Both the position numbers and the translations under genes were made by a program. Below are positions 29,337 to 36,778 of a stretch of 64,000 nt of DNA, one piece after another (positions within the stretch are counted from its first letter, which is position 1; every line of letters begins with the position of its first letter). The stretch covers positions 4,384,001-4,448,000 of the forward strand of contig JASGJH010000001.1 of assembly GCA_047601445.1 (NCBI GenBank), written 5' to 3'. The notes beneath the pieces are model-generated. The model had not been told where the DNA came from, searched no databases, and saw only the letters and a list, made by a program, of their open reading frames with translations. The stretch comes from Myxococcales bacterium. Lineage in GTDB: Bacteria; Myxococcota_A; Polyangia; Polyangiales; DASUME01.

Positions 29337-30287
29337 CTAGGGTGCCCACGACCCGCCCACAGCCTGCCAACCCCGGGCCCAGCCCACCGCCGCTCCGGCA
29401 ACGATCCCTACGACCGTGTGACTGATCCACACCGACGGCTGACCGTGGAGAGCTCCGAGCAAGCTGCCGGCCACGGACGAGGATGCGCCAAGCGATACGC
29501 CGTGAATCACGATGGCCTTGCGCAGGCCCGCGGAGGCGCTGAGCCGCAGGCAAGCGAACTGCGAAACGATTGCGCTGAGTGACACACAAAACGCAAGCGC
29601 CGCTTCGATTCCGTCGTCCCGTACCACCCACACGAAGAGGGCGCTCAGGACGGAGACGCCGAGCAGCGCGCCGATTCGCCAGTTCTCATGAGTCCCAGCG
29701 AGGACGGCACCGAAGCCTACCCAGAGCGTCACCGTGAACTGAGGGTTCCAGATGTAGCCCTCCATCGAAGAGATTCCAGGCAAGTAGCCGAGCCGCGAGC
29801 CGTGGATGCACACGGCCGCCGCGAGGAGGGCCGCAGACGCCATCACCACGGGCCGTTTCACCAGCCTGTCCATTGCCTCGGCGGGTGTGCTCGGCGATTC
29901 CTCCGCCGGGAACTTCAGCAGAAGTGCGACCCCGAGCACCAGGAAGGAGACCCCTCCCAGTGCAGCACCGTGTTCGGACAATTTTCCGACCGAGAGGACG
30001 GATCCGACAAAGGCCAGCAGCGCGGCGACCGCGTCGACCTTCCACAGGGCCAACCACAAGCCAAGCCCGATCGTCACCGTGACACCGACGCGCGCTGGGG
30101 ACGAGAGCGGGAGCTCCGCAACGAGTTGGGCGAGCGACCAGCTCAGGCTTGGAACGATCGCCCAGTACGCAGCGCGAGCCCCCGCTCCTGCTTTTGGAGG
30201 CTCACCTTGAGATGAGGCCGAGCCGGACCGGAGATCGCACTCGTTCAAGGCCCTTTGCATGAATGACCCCCAGTGGGCTGCGGCCAT
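29337..30287 (-). CDS. Polytopic membrane protein of unknown function
   Basis: About 9-10 hydrophobic segments. Start could be 30287 or 30260. Confidence 0.65.
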   Translation of the reverse strand: MAAAHWGSFMQRALNECDLRSGSASSQGEPPKAGAGARAAYWAIVPSLSWSLAQLVAELPLSSPARVGVTVTIGLGLWLALWKVDAVAALLAFVGSVLSVGKLSEHGAALGGVSFLVLGVALLLKFPAEESPSTPAEAMDRLVKRPVVMASAALLAAAVCIHGSRLGYLPGISSMEGYIWNPQFTVTLWVGFGAVLAGTHENWRIGALLGVSVLSALFVWVVRDDGIEAALAFCVSLSAIVSQFACLRLSASAGLRKAIVIHGVSLGASSSVAGSLLGALHGQPSVWISHTVVGIVAGAAVGWARGWQAVGGSWAP

Positions 30288-30304
30288 GCCTTAACTGACA
30301 CCGT

Positions 30305-30335
30305 GGCACCGAGCTCCTCGAGGAAGCTCGGTGCC
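30305..30335. terminator. GC-rich hairpin just downstream of the 30346..31131 gene
   Basis: GGCACCGAGCT-N9-AGCTCGGTGCC perfect 11-bp inverted repeat. No U tract. Confidence 0.45.
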
Positions 30336-30345
30336 CTACTCAGGA

Positions 30346-31131
30346 TCAGTAGCGGCAATGCGTCGTCTCCCACGGACGCTCGAACTCGCCCGTCTCGGGC
30401 ACATCGCGCTCGATGCTCGCCTCATCGACCCACATCGCGTGTTCGCTCTCGAAGCTCGGCTCATAGATCGCGTGTACGATCTCGTTGCCCGGTTCACGGT
30501 CCAACACGGCGTGTTCGCTGGACGCGCTCGCCGGCAGAAGACTGAGAGCCCTCTGGGCCAGCGACATGGACTGGTCCAGGAGGCTCGCAGCCCGGTCCGC
30601 GTTCGCCTTCAGTTCGGCTTCGCTTCCCGGAGCAGCCAGCAACGCGGTGGCTTCCTCAGCAAGCTTGTTCGCAAGCTGAAGCATCCCCTCGACGATCTTC
30701 AAGACGTCCTCCGCAGCGTTGGCCGCCCCTTTCGTCGCGTCCAGGGCATCGTTCGCCTTCTCGATCGTCGCCTTGGCCTCCTCGGAGCGGTCCGCCAGAT
30801 TCTTGATCAGGCGCCCCACGTGCACGGGCAGCAACGCAGCGTCCTCCGCCATGTGCAGCCCGTCCGTGACCACGCCAGTCTGTCGGTCGATTTCGACGAT
30901 CGGGGCCACCGGGGGGACGACCACGGTAAGAACTTCCGCGGGCGTGACCGGCTGTCCGGTGACCGCCTTCTCGACCACCTGAACCGGGATCCGCACCGGC
31001 GCGGTGATGACGTCGAAAATGTCGCCGAAGATGTCAGCCTTGGCCGGCATTCCGGATCCCAGGATCAGCGCCGCCAGCGCCGCCGCCGCAACCTTGTTTC
31101 GCACTTCGTTGGTCTTCTTCTGATTCTTCAT
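30346..31131 (-). CDS. Secreted hypothetical protein with coiled-coil region (261 aa)
   Basis: GGAGG RBS. Signal peptide ending AKA. Ala/Glu-rich heptads. Confidence 0.8.
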   Translation of the reverse strand: MKNQKKTNEVRNKVAAAALAALILGSGMPAKADIFGDIFDVITAPVRIPVQVVEKAVTGQPVTPAEVLTVVVPPVAPIVEIDRQTGVVTDGLHMAEDAALLPVHVGRLIKNLADRSEEAKATIEKANDALDATKGAANAAEDVLKIVEGMLQLANKLAEEATALLAAPGSEAELKANADRAASLLDQSMSLAQRALSLLPASASSEHAVLDREPGNEIVHAIYEPSFESEHAMWVDEASIERDVPETGEFERPWETTHCRY

Positions 31132-31153
31132 GGCTTCCTCCGTTCCCTTACTG

Positions 31154-31179
31154 TTCCCTGCAAGTCCGATCTTTTTTCA
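31154..31179 (-). promoter_or_regulatory. Copy 1 of a 26-bp ECF-type promoter motif
   Basis: Minus strand reads TGAAAAAAGATCGGACTTGCAGGGAA, ~22 nt before ATG 31131. Confidence 0.6.
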
Positions 31180-31272
31180 TCGTTCGTTGCCAGCTTCGAT
31201 TTTTTGGGATCCGAGTTCGACGAACAGCAGCTCCCTCAATGCGCCGTGAGGCGCGACCTGCTCGATCGCGCC

Positions 31273-31533
31273 TCAGAAGTTCCACCCGAAGCACACGCCG
31301 CACGGATACGGACCCTCGAAGTGGTTCTTGGACGTATCCGGCAGCACGCAAACATCCCAGCAGAAGTTGACGAGTCCAGCGCAGTAGTGCTCGGTGTCAG
31401 CGCGCCCGTGGTAGCTGTCGCACCACTGCTTCGCCCGCTCGCCCCTGTCCTGGGCTTCGACCTGCGCGGCCCCAGACGCCGCGATCACACAAGCCACCGC
31501 CAAGACACCCGTATTGATCCAACCATTCTTCAT
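31273..31533 (-). CDS. Small secreted Cys-rich protein (86 aa)
   Basis: AAGGAG RBS. Signal peptide ending VEA. Six Cys in the mature part. Confidence 0.75.
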   Translation of the reverse strand: MKNGWINTGVLAVACVIAASGAAQVEAQDRGERAKQWCDSYHGRADTEHYCAGLVNFCWDVCVLPDTSKNHFEGPYPCGVCFGWNF

Positions 31534-31554
31534 TGTCCGTCTCCTTACTGAGTG

Positions 31555-31580
31555 TTCCCCGCGAGCCATCTTTTGTTGCA
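31555..31580 (-). promoter_or_regulatory. Copy 2 of the 26-bp ECF-type promoter motif
   Basis: Minus strand reads TGCAACAAAAGATGGCTCGCGGGGAA, ~21 nt before ATG 31533. Confidence 0.6.
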
Positions 31581-31650
31581 CGGTTTCTCTCCGACTTTCG
31601 ACATCCCGCTCGAACCAGCTCGAGCACTGAGCACTACACCAACCCAATCA

Positions 31651-31693
31651 AGCAAAAGCAAAGCCCCGGACTGCACACGCCGTCCGGGGCTTT
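31651..31693 (-). terminator. Rho-independent terminator after the sigma-like gene
   Basis: AAAGCCCCGGAC-N10-GTCCGGGGCTTT followed by GCTTTT on the minus strand, ~20 nt after the stop at 31715. Confidence 0.75.
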
Positions 31694-31714
31694 CCGCGGT
31701 CCTATTGGCGCTTG

Positions 31715-33283
31715 TCAGCGATTGGTTTTGTTTTGATTCCGGCCGCTCGTTCTTGGAAGCGTCGCTGGGCCGGCCCCATCCGAAGGGACTTCATGGTCAT
31801 CGACTGTGCCGGATAGTGGCGATGTATTTTCTGTCATCATCTGCATGATTGCGTCTTCTGCACTCGAGGCGTCCTCGGTGGCGTCGCGCTCTGCTCTACG
31901 GGCCTCTATGGCCGCGCTCAGATGACGTTTACGTTCTTCGATGACCGCAAGGAGTTCATTGTACGCAGCTGCCACCTCAGCTCTCGCTTGCTCGAGCTCT
32001 GCCTCTGTCTTCGCGGCTCGTTCGGCGCGGCCTGCAGTCACTGCCCTGGCCTCCGCATTGGCAACTTCGCTCAATGTCATGCCGACGGCATCGTCTGCTT
32101 CGACTCGTCTATTTCTGGCTTCGTCGAGAGCCACGCGTGCATCTCGCAGTCGTTGCCCCAGCGTATCGACATCTTGAGCGTCTCTCGTCGAATCGTCGCG
32201 AAGGCTGTGAAGTACGTGATCGACCGTGGCAGCACGCTTTGTGTCCTCAGCCGACACCGCAACGTAGCTCCTGGCCAGCATCACCCAAGTTCGGTCAGCG
32301 ACCGAATCCGCGGCGGCAGGATCTCGCGTCACTCGAACAGCAAGCTCAAACGCTCGGCCCTTGTCCATCTCGCTAGCCTCCTTCCCTTGCTCCTCCAGGT
32401 AAAACCTGTGGTCGGCTCGCTCCAACATCCCGAGCATCCCGGATGGATCTGACGAGTTTCCCAGGAGATTTGTTCTGAGCCTCTCAGCACCTTCGTCGCC
32501 GGAAGCTCGGTCAGGGGGGTCGCCGCTGTGCGTTGCTGGAGCGTCCCTGTGCACCAAGGACGCGAGGGGGCCATGGCCGGCCACGGTCCCCCCCACAAAA
32601 AGGCACAGCAGAATCACCGCCAGGATCTGCGCGGCGCGCTCCCACATCTGGGAAATGCGACGGGACATCTTCGCCTGAGAGATGCCCATTTCAGCGCCGA
32701 TCTCGTCACGGTCCTTCTGATTCGCAAGCCCTTCGAGGATGCGCTTGTCGTCGTTGTCGAGGGCGACCTCGTCGAGGCGCGCACGGAGACGGCTGAACGG
32801 AATCCGCTCGTCCGCACCGAGTTGCGCCATGGCGAACTGCGCCGCGCTCGGCGCATACTGCCCGTCGAGCAACGGCTCGGGAGGAACCATCACGTCGTGC
32901 TTCGACTCGACGGTGTTTTCCTCGAGCAGTTCAGCTCGGCGTTGGTTCTTTTCGGCGAGCTTCACGGCGATGCCACGCGCGATGGTACAGAACCACCCGT
33001 ACATGGAGCCCTTCGACTTGCCGGCGCTGACAGACCCGAAGTAATTGGCTAGCCACTCCGTCTTCCAGCACTTCACGGCGACCTGCACCGCGATGTCGCC
33101 GCGGACGCTCGGATCAAACACGGAACGGCGCACCGCCTTGGCGATGGCCCTCTTGAATTGCTCCCAGACCGTGCGGCGTAGCTTCGGATCGGTCAGCACC
33201 TCGCGAAGGTGAAGCCACGGGGCCGTCGGCGGCTTGGCGAAGAAGTGATCCACCGTAATCGAGACCAACGTTGCGGAACTCAT
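31715..33283 (-). CDS. Divergent ECF-like sigma factor with transmembrane helix and C-terminal coiled-coil extension (522 aa)
   Basis: GGAGG RBS. Region-2-like DIAVQVAVKCW...SMYGWFCTIARGIAV; region-4-like LDNDDKRIL...DEIGAEMGISQAKMSRRI; then TM ILAVILLCLFVGGTV. Confidence 0.7.
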   Translation of the reverse strand: MSSATLVSITVDHFFAKPPTAPWLHLREVLTDPKLRRTVWEQFKRAIAKAVRRSVFDPSVRGDIAVQVAVKCWKTEWLANYFGSVSAGKSKGSMYGWFCTIARGIAVKLAEKNQRRAELLEENTVESKHDVMVPPEPLLDGQYAPSAAQFAMAQLGADERIPFSRLRARLDEVALDNDDKRILEGLANQKDRDEIGAEMGISQAKMSRRISQMWERAAQILAVILLCLFVGGTVAGHGPLASLVHRDAPATHSGDPPDRASGDEGAERLRTNLLGNSSDPSGMLGMLERADHRFYLEEQGKEASEMDKGRAFELAVRVTRDPAAADSVADRTWVMLARSYVAVSAEDTKRAATVDHVLHSLRDDSTRDAQDVDTLGQRLRDARVALDEARNRRVEADDAVGMTLSEVANAEARAVTAGRAERAAKTEAELEQARAEVAAAYNELLAVIEERKRHLSAAIEARRAERDATEDASSAEDAIMQMMTENTSPLSGTVDDHEVPSDGAGPATLPRTSGRNQNKTNR

Positions 33284-33371
33284 CGGAGCCTCCCAAACGA
33301 ACATCGTGTTGCAGCGACGAAAAATCCTGTCGGACGAGTCCGCTCCGAGGCCACGCCCGTTCACTGAGCGT

Positions 33372-33397
33372 TTCCCTGCGACCACCGACTTTTTGCA
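33372..33397 (-). promoter_or_regulatory. Copy 3 of the 26-bp ECF-type promoter motif (autoregulatory position)
   Basis: Minus strand reads TGCAAAAAGTCGGTGGTCGCAGGGAA, ~88 nt before the sigma-like ATG. Confidence 0.6.
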
Positions 33398-33563
33398 CGC
33401 GTCCCTTCCCTTTGTTGAAGGGCACGCAGTTGCTCTGTGCGAGGGCATGAACGGCTCAGCCGTTCGGCTGTCGGAGCGGCGAGAGAGTCCGCAGTTCAGC
33501 GGAATCTCGTCAGCCGTTCAGCGTGCACACCGAGGCCGCAATGCCTGGGCCTGGCTTGCCGGT

Positions 33564-33860
33564 CTACAGCTCCCGAGGGAGATGCTCGTACCAGGTCTCG
33601 TCAGGGTAAGGCAGCGGGCAGCATCCTGCCTCGGGGCCTCGCTCGCAGCCGAGCCGGTCGTAGCAACGCGGCTGGAGACAGTCCCGGTAGTTGCCCTCGA
33701 GGCACGAGCGCGGCCGCTCCGGAAAGCAGTCCGTGGGGGCCTCGAAGGAACCCACGCGCGGCGGTTCCGCCTGCTGCTCCTGCGCTTGGGCGTTGCTGGA
33801 CGAGGTGGCCAAGAGCAGTCCACCCAACAGCATCGCGTACTTGATGATGTTCTTCGACAT
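33564..33860 (-). CDS. Small secreted Cys-rich protein (98 aa)
   Basis: GGGAGG RBS. Signal peptide ending AQA. Seven Cys in the mature part. Confidence 0.75.
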   Translation of the reverse strand: MSKNIIKYAMLLGGLLLATSSSNAQAQEQQAEPPRVGSFEAPTDCFPERPRSCLEGNYRDCLQPRCYDRLGCERGPEAGCCPLPYPDETWYEHLPREL

Positions 33861-33947
33861 GACCCAAACCTCCCTCTTTGAGACCGCCCCCCTCGCCACC
33901 ATGAAGATGGGAGGGGGAAGTCAGCCAATCAGCTCCGCCCAGACACC

Positions 33948-34208
33948 TCAGTTGCCGCGGTTGTAATCACGCTCGATCTCGCGAGCGCGGTCGGGCGACG
34001 CTCGCTCGGCAGCCGAAGCTGCTTCCCGAGCAGCCCGCTCACCCGCCGCGTCACCGCGGTTCGCCGCGCGGTCGCCGTCGCGATTGATGCGCTCAGCGGC
34101 CTCGTGGCCCTCGTCAGCGCGGACACTGCCGACGCCAGTGCCCGCCAGTGCGAGGCCCATGGCAGCCAACAGAACCGCCCTGCGCATGATGTTCGTCTTG
34201 GTCTTCAT
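33948..34208 (-). CDS. Small secreted hydrophilic Ala/Arg/Glu-rich protein (86 aa)
   Basis: AGGGAG RBS. Signal peptide ending VRA. Charged helical mature part. Confidence 0.7.
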   Translation of the reverse strand: MKTKTNIMRRAVLLAAMGLALAGTGVGSVRADEGHEAAERINRDGDRAANRGDAAGERAAREAASAAERASPDRAREIERDYNRGN

Positions 34209-34265
34209 GTTCCGCTCCCTCTTCGTTCGTGCGCCGGTCCCGCTGACCGACACACAGAAAACGTA

Positions 34266-34445
34266 CATGAAGGAGAGTTCACGCGCAACACTTAATATTC
34301 ATGCACTCTTCATGAATTACGTTAACACATTGATATCATACGAGTTTATTGCGGATGAAAGTTTTGCGCTTACATGGGGGTTCACGAGCGTGCAGGGATT
34401 TAACCGGCACTCACCTTGAACTTCACATGAACTTCATGCACTTTT
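34266..34445. promoter_or_regulatory. AT-rich divergent promoter with repeated CATGAA/TTCATG operator-like half sites
   Basis: TTCATGCACT at 34298 and 34433. Palindromes TTCATGAA (34309) and CATGAACTTCATG (34426). CATGAA-N6-TTCACG at 34266. Confidence 0.6.
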
Positions 34446-34450
34446 ACTGC

Positions 34451-35512
34451 ATGCTCCTTCCCGACAACGACCTTATCGACCAGGCCAAGCGGCTAGCTGG
34501 CGGGACGCAACGTGATCTCGCTGAGCAGCTGGGCGTTACCCCTGCGGCGATTTCGAACTGGTTGCGCGCTGGTCGAATTCCCGATGAACCGCGCGATCGA
34601 CTGCTCGCGTTGATCCGAGAGCGTGGCTCCGAACCGGCTGCAGCCGTGCGCGAGCCTCGAGATGCCGACGAGATACCCGAGCTACTTTGGCAAAGCCGGC
34701 GCGGCGATATCGAGCAAACTCGAATGTGGTCGCGCGGCGCATGGTGCTTCAACTACGTCCACGCACCGACCAACGGCTCGTCCGACTTTACCAGCATCGA
34801 CGTATGGCGAGCCTGGGAGCAGCTCCATACGCTGCCATCGTCCGGCAAGACGCACGTTTCCTTTCGCCATTGGCTTTCGGCTGAGTTCGACGAGTCCAGC
34901 AACACAAAGCCGGCGCCAAAGGGTTGGGGATTCCTCGAGGCGGATCACGTGTCCGGCGAGGTTCGCCACGAGGGCCGCAAGAGCGTTCCTGCTCCCCCCA
35001 ACATGGACATGCGACGACACAAAAACGTGCTCTACGTCGCTGCCCACAAACGGCTTCCTATCGGTACGGCCTACGAGAGTGGCGGCTATCACGTCAGCAC
35101 ACCCGGAGGAATACGGAGCAAGCGCAGCAAAGAGCAATCGATGGAGTTCGTTGCGTTCAGCCCCGGCTGCCCTACCGAAACGGCTCACGTATTAGTCAGC
35201 ATTCCCAGGAATGCCTATGCGCATCCGACCGCGTGCACGATCCACGCGCCCTATCAGCTCCTCTACGAGCTAGCCCAGCTCGCCGGCCAACCTGGCGCAC
35301 TAAGTAGCGTCGAGGAATTCATTGAACCTTGGGGAAAGCAGCTCCTGGTGCAACGCTGGGACTCGCCACCTTCAACGCTATTCGAGACGTTGCAACCAGA
35401 GCTTCCTAGTGATTTCTTCGGTGGCGGTCCTGACGCTCGCGACTGCCTTCATATCGCCGTGACGGTCCCGAACCCGCTGGTCCGCATCGCGATCCTCTGG
35501 GACATACGATAA
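34451..35512 (+). CDS. XRE-family HTH regulator with large C-terminal domain
   Basis: TQRDLAEQLGVTPAAISNWLRAGRIP. Start uncertain among ATGs at 34427-34451. Confidence 0.8.
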   Translation: MLLPDNDLIDQAKRLAGGTQRDLAEQLGVTPAAISNWLRAGRIPDEPRDRLLALIRERGSEPAAAVREPRDADEIPELLWQSRRGDIEQTRMWSRGAWCFNYVHAPTNGSSDFTSIDVWRAWEQLHTLPSSGKTHVSFRHWLSAEFDESSNTKPAPKGWGFLEADHVSGEVRHEGRKSVPAPPNMDMRRHKNVLYVAAHKRLPIGTAYESGGYHVSTPGGIRSKRSKEQSMEFVAFSPGCPTETAHVLVSIPRNAYAHPTACTIHAPYQLLYELAQLAGQPGALSSVEEFIEPWGKQLLVQRWDSPPSTLFETLQPELPSDFFGGGPDARDCLHIAVTVPNPLVRIAILWDIR

Positions 35513-35606
35513 TTGAGAGGCGACGTGGCATATACTCAGGTCAGGAGTACGCTTGGCCGCATCAGGAGGTGCGGAAAGGTCATAGTCAACCTTTCTGCGC
35601 GCATGA

Positions 35607-36626
35607 ATGGCGTCATTCGATGGTTTGTCCACTCGAACTAAGACCCACCTCAAGCTCGGTGCCATCGGCATCTGCGTCATGGCGCTGTGGGCCCTGTACG
35701 GGGTTGCGATTGGGAAGCTCACCCGCGTAACGGGAGGCGCCCCGATTCGGGCTCAGATTGAAGTGCTCGCGATGACGCTCGCACTCATCGTGCTCGAGAC
35801 CGGGTGCATCGCCTACTGGCAAAGCAACCATGTCGAGGGTCGCGAGCGCATCGCGCGCTGCCTGAGGAGCCACTACAAGGAGTTGGTCGCCCTGGGCCTG
35901 CTCACGTGTTTGGCGGCCCCTCTCTGGGTGCTGGCTATCATCTGGCTGGGCGATGCCAAGGTGGCCAACTGGATCGACCTCGGCAGCGCTCCCCTCTTCA
36001 CGGTGGCCTTTGCGTGGATGGTCCAGCTGTCGCGTGGCGGACGGCTGCCCAGGCACATCGCGAGCTACCTCAATCCCATTCTCTTGGCACTCGGGATGCT
36101 CGTGATCGTTTGGGAGCCCCTTTCCAGCGCTGGAGAATGGAAGACGGCCGGGGTCATCATCGCGGTCGTTAGCGGTCTCGGTACCGCCCTTGCCGCGGGG
36201 ACGCTGTCCAAGCTCACGAAGGTCGAAGGCCAGAAGCTCACCTCGATGGAGCTCGTGGCCCTGCGCCATGCCCTGCCAGCGGTGATCGTGTCGCTCATCT
36301 GGGTGGCCTACGCCTTGATTGAGCAAGACCTTTCTGTCGCGGCGCGGGTCTATGGCCTCGATAACCTGTTGTATCTGCTCCTGGCATGCACGTTCTTGAA
36401 CGTGGTGCCCAATGTCCTCTACGTGCGGTTCATCAAGGGACAGGGCTGGGAAGCCGCTGGCTACCTCTGGGCCCTTCTCCCGTGTTTCACGACGATCGTC
36501 GCGCTCTTCGCGGAGGAGAAAGTCGTGCTGTCCGAAACCGCCATCATCGGTGGAGTGCTTCTCCTGCTGGGATACGCGCTCAACACGTTCGCGGATACCG
36601 TGGAGAGCGCGCCGACTGGGGCGTAG
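35607..36626 (+). CDS. DMT/EamA-like membrane transporter
   Basis: About 10 TM segments in two repeats. Motifs SAPLFTVAFAW and LLPCFTTIVALFAEEKV...IIGGVLLLLG. Confidence 0.65.
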   Translation: MASFDGLSTRTKTHLKLGAIGICVMALWALYGVAIGKLTRVTGGAPIRAQIEVLAMTLALIVLETGCIAYWQSNHVEGRERIARCLRSHYKELVALGLLTCLAAPLWVLAIIWLGDAKVANWIDLGSAPLFTVAFAWMVQLSRGGRLPRHIASYLNPILLALGMLVIVWEPLSSAGEWKTAGVIIAVVSGLGTALAAGTLSKLTKVEGQKLTSMELVALRHALPAVIVSLIWVAYALIEQDLSVAARVYGLDNLLYLLLACTFLNVVPNVLYVRFIKGQGWEAAGYLWALLPCFTTIVALFAEEKVVLSETAIIGGVLLLLGYALNTFADTVESAPTGA

Positions 36627-36778
36627 CGCTAGGTCCCTTCGGGTTTCGGCGCGCACGCAAATCGCGGTGGGCCATAAGGGCTGCCGGTCGAAGGCATCGA
36701 CTGAGGGTCAGGTGCTGCCGACGGCCGTGTCACGGCTGCACCTACCCGTTCGGGTAGGATAGCAAGGGAGCTCTCGCC

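Noticed and set aside
30346..34208. Integron cassette array
   Set aside because: No attC-like RYYYAAC...GTTRRRY structures or integrase; the spacers hold promoter-like motifs instead.
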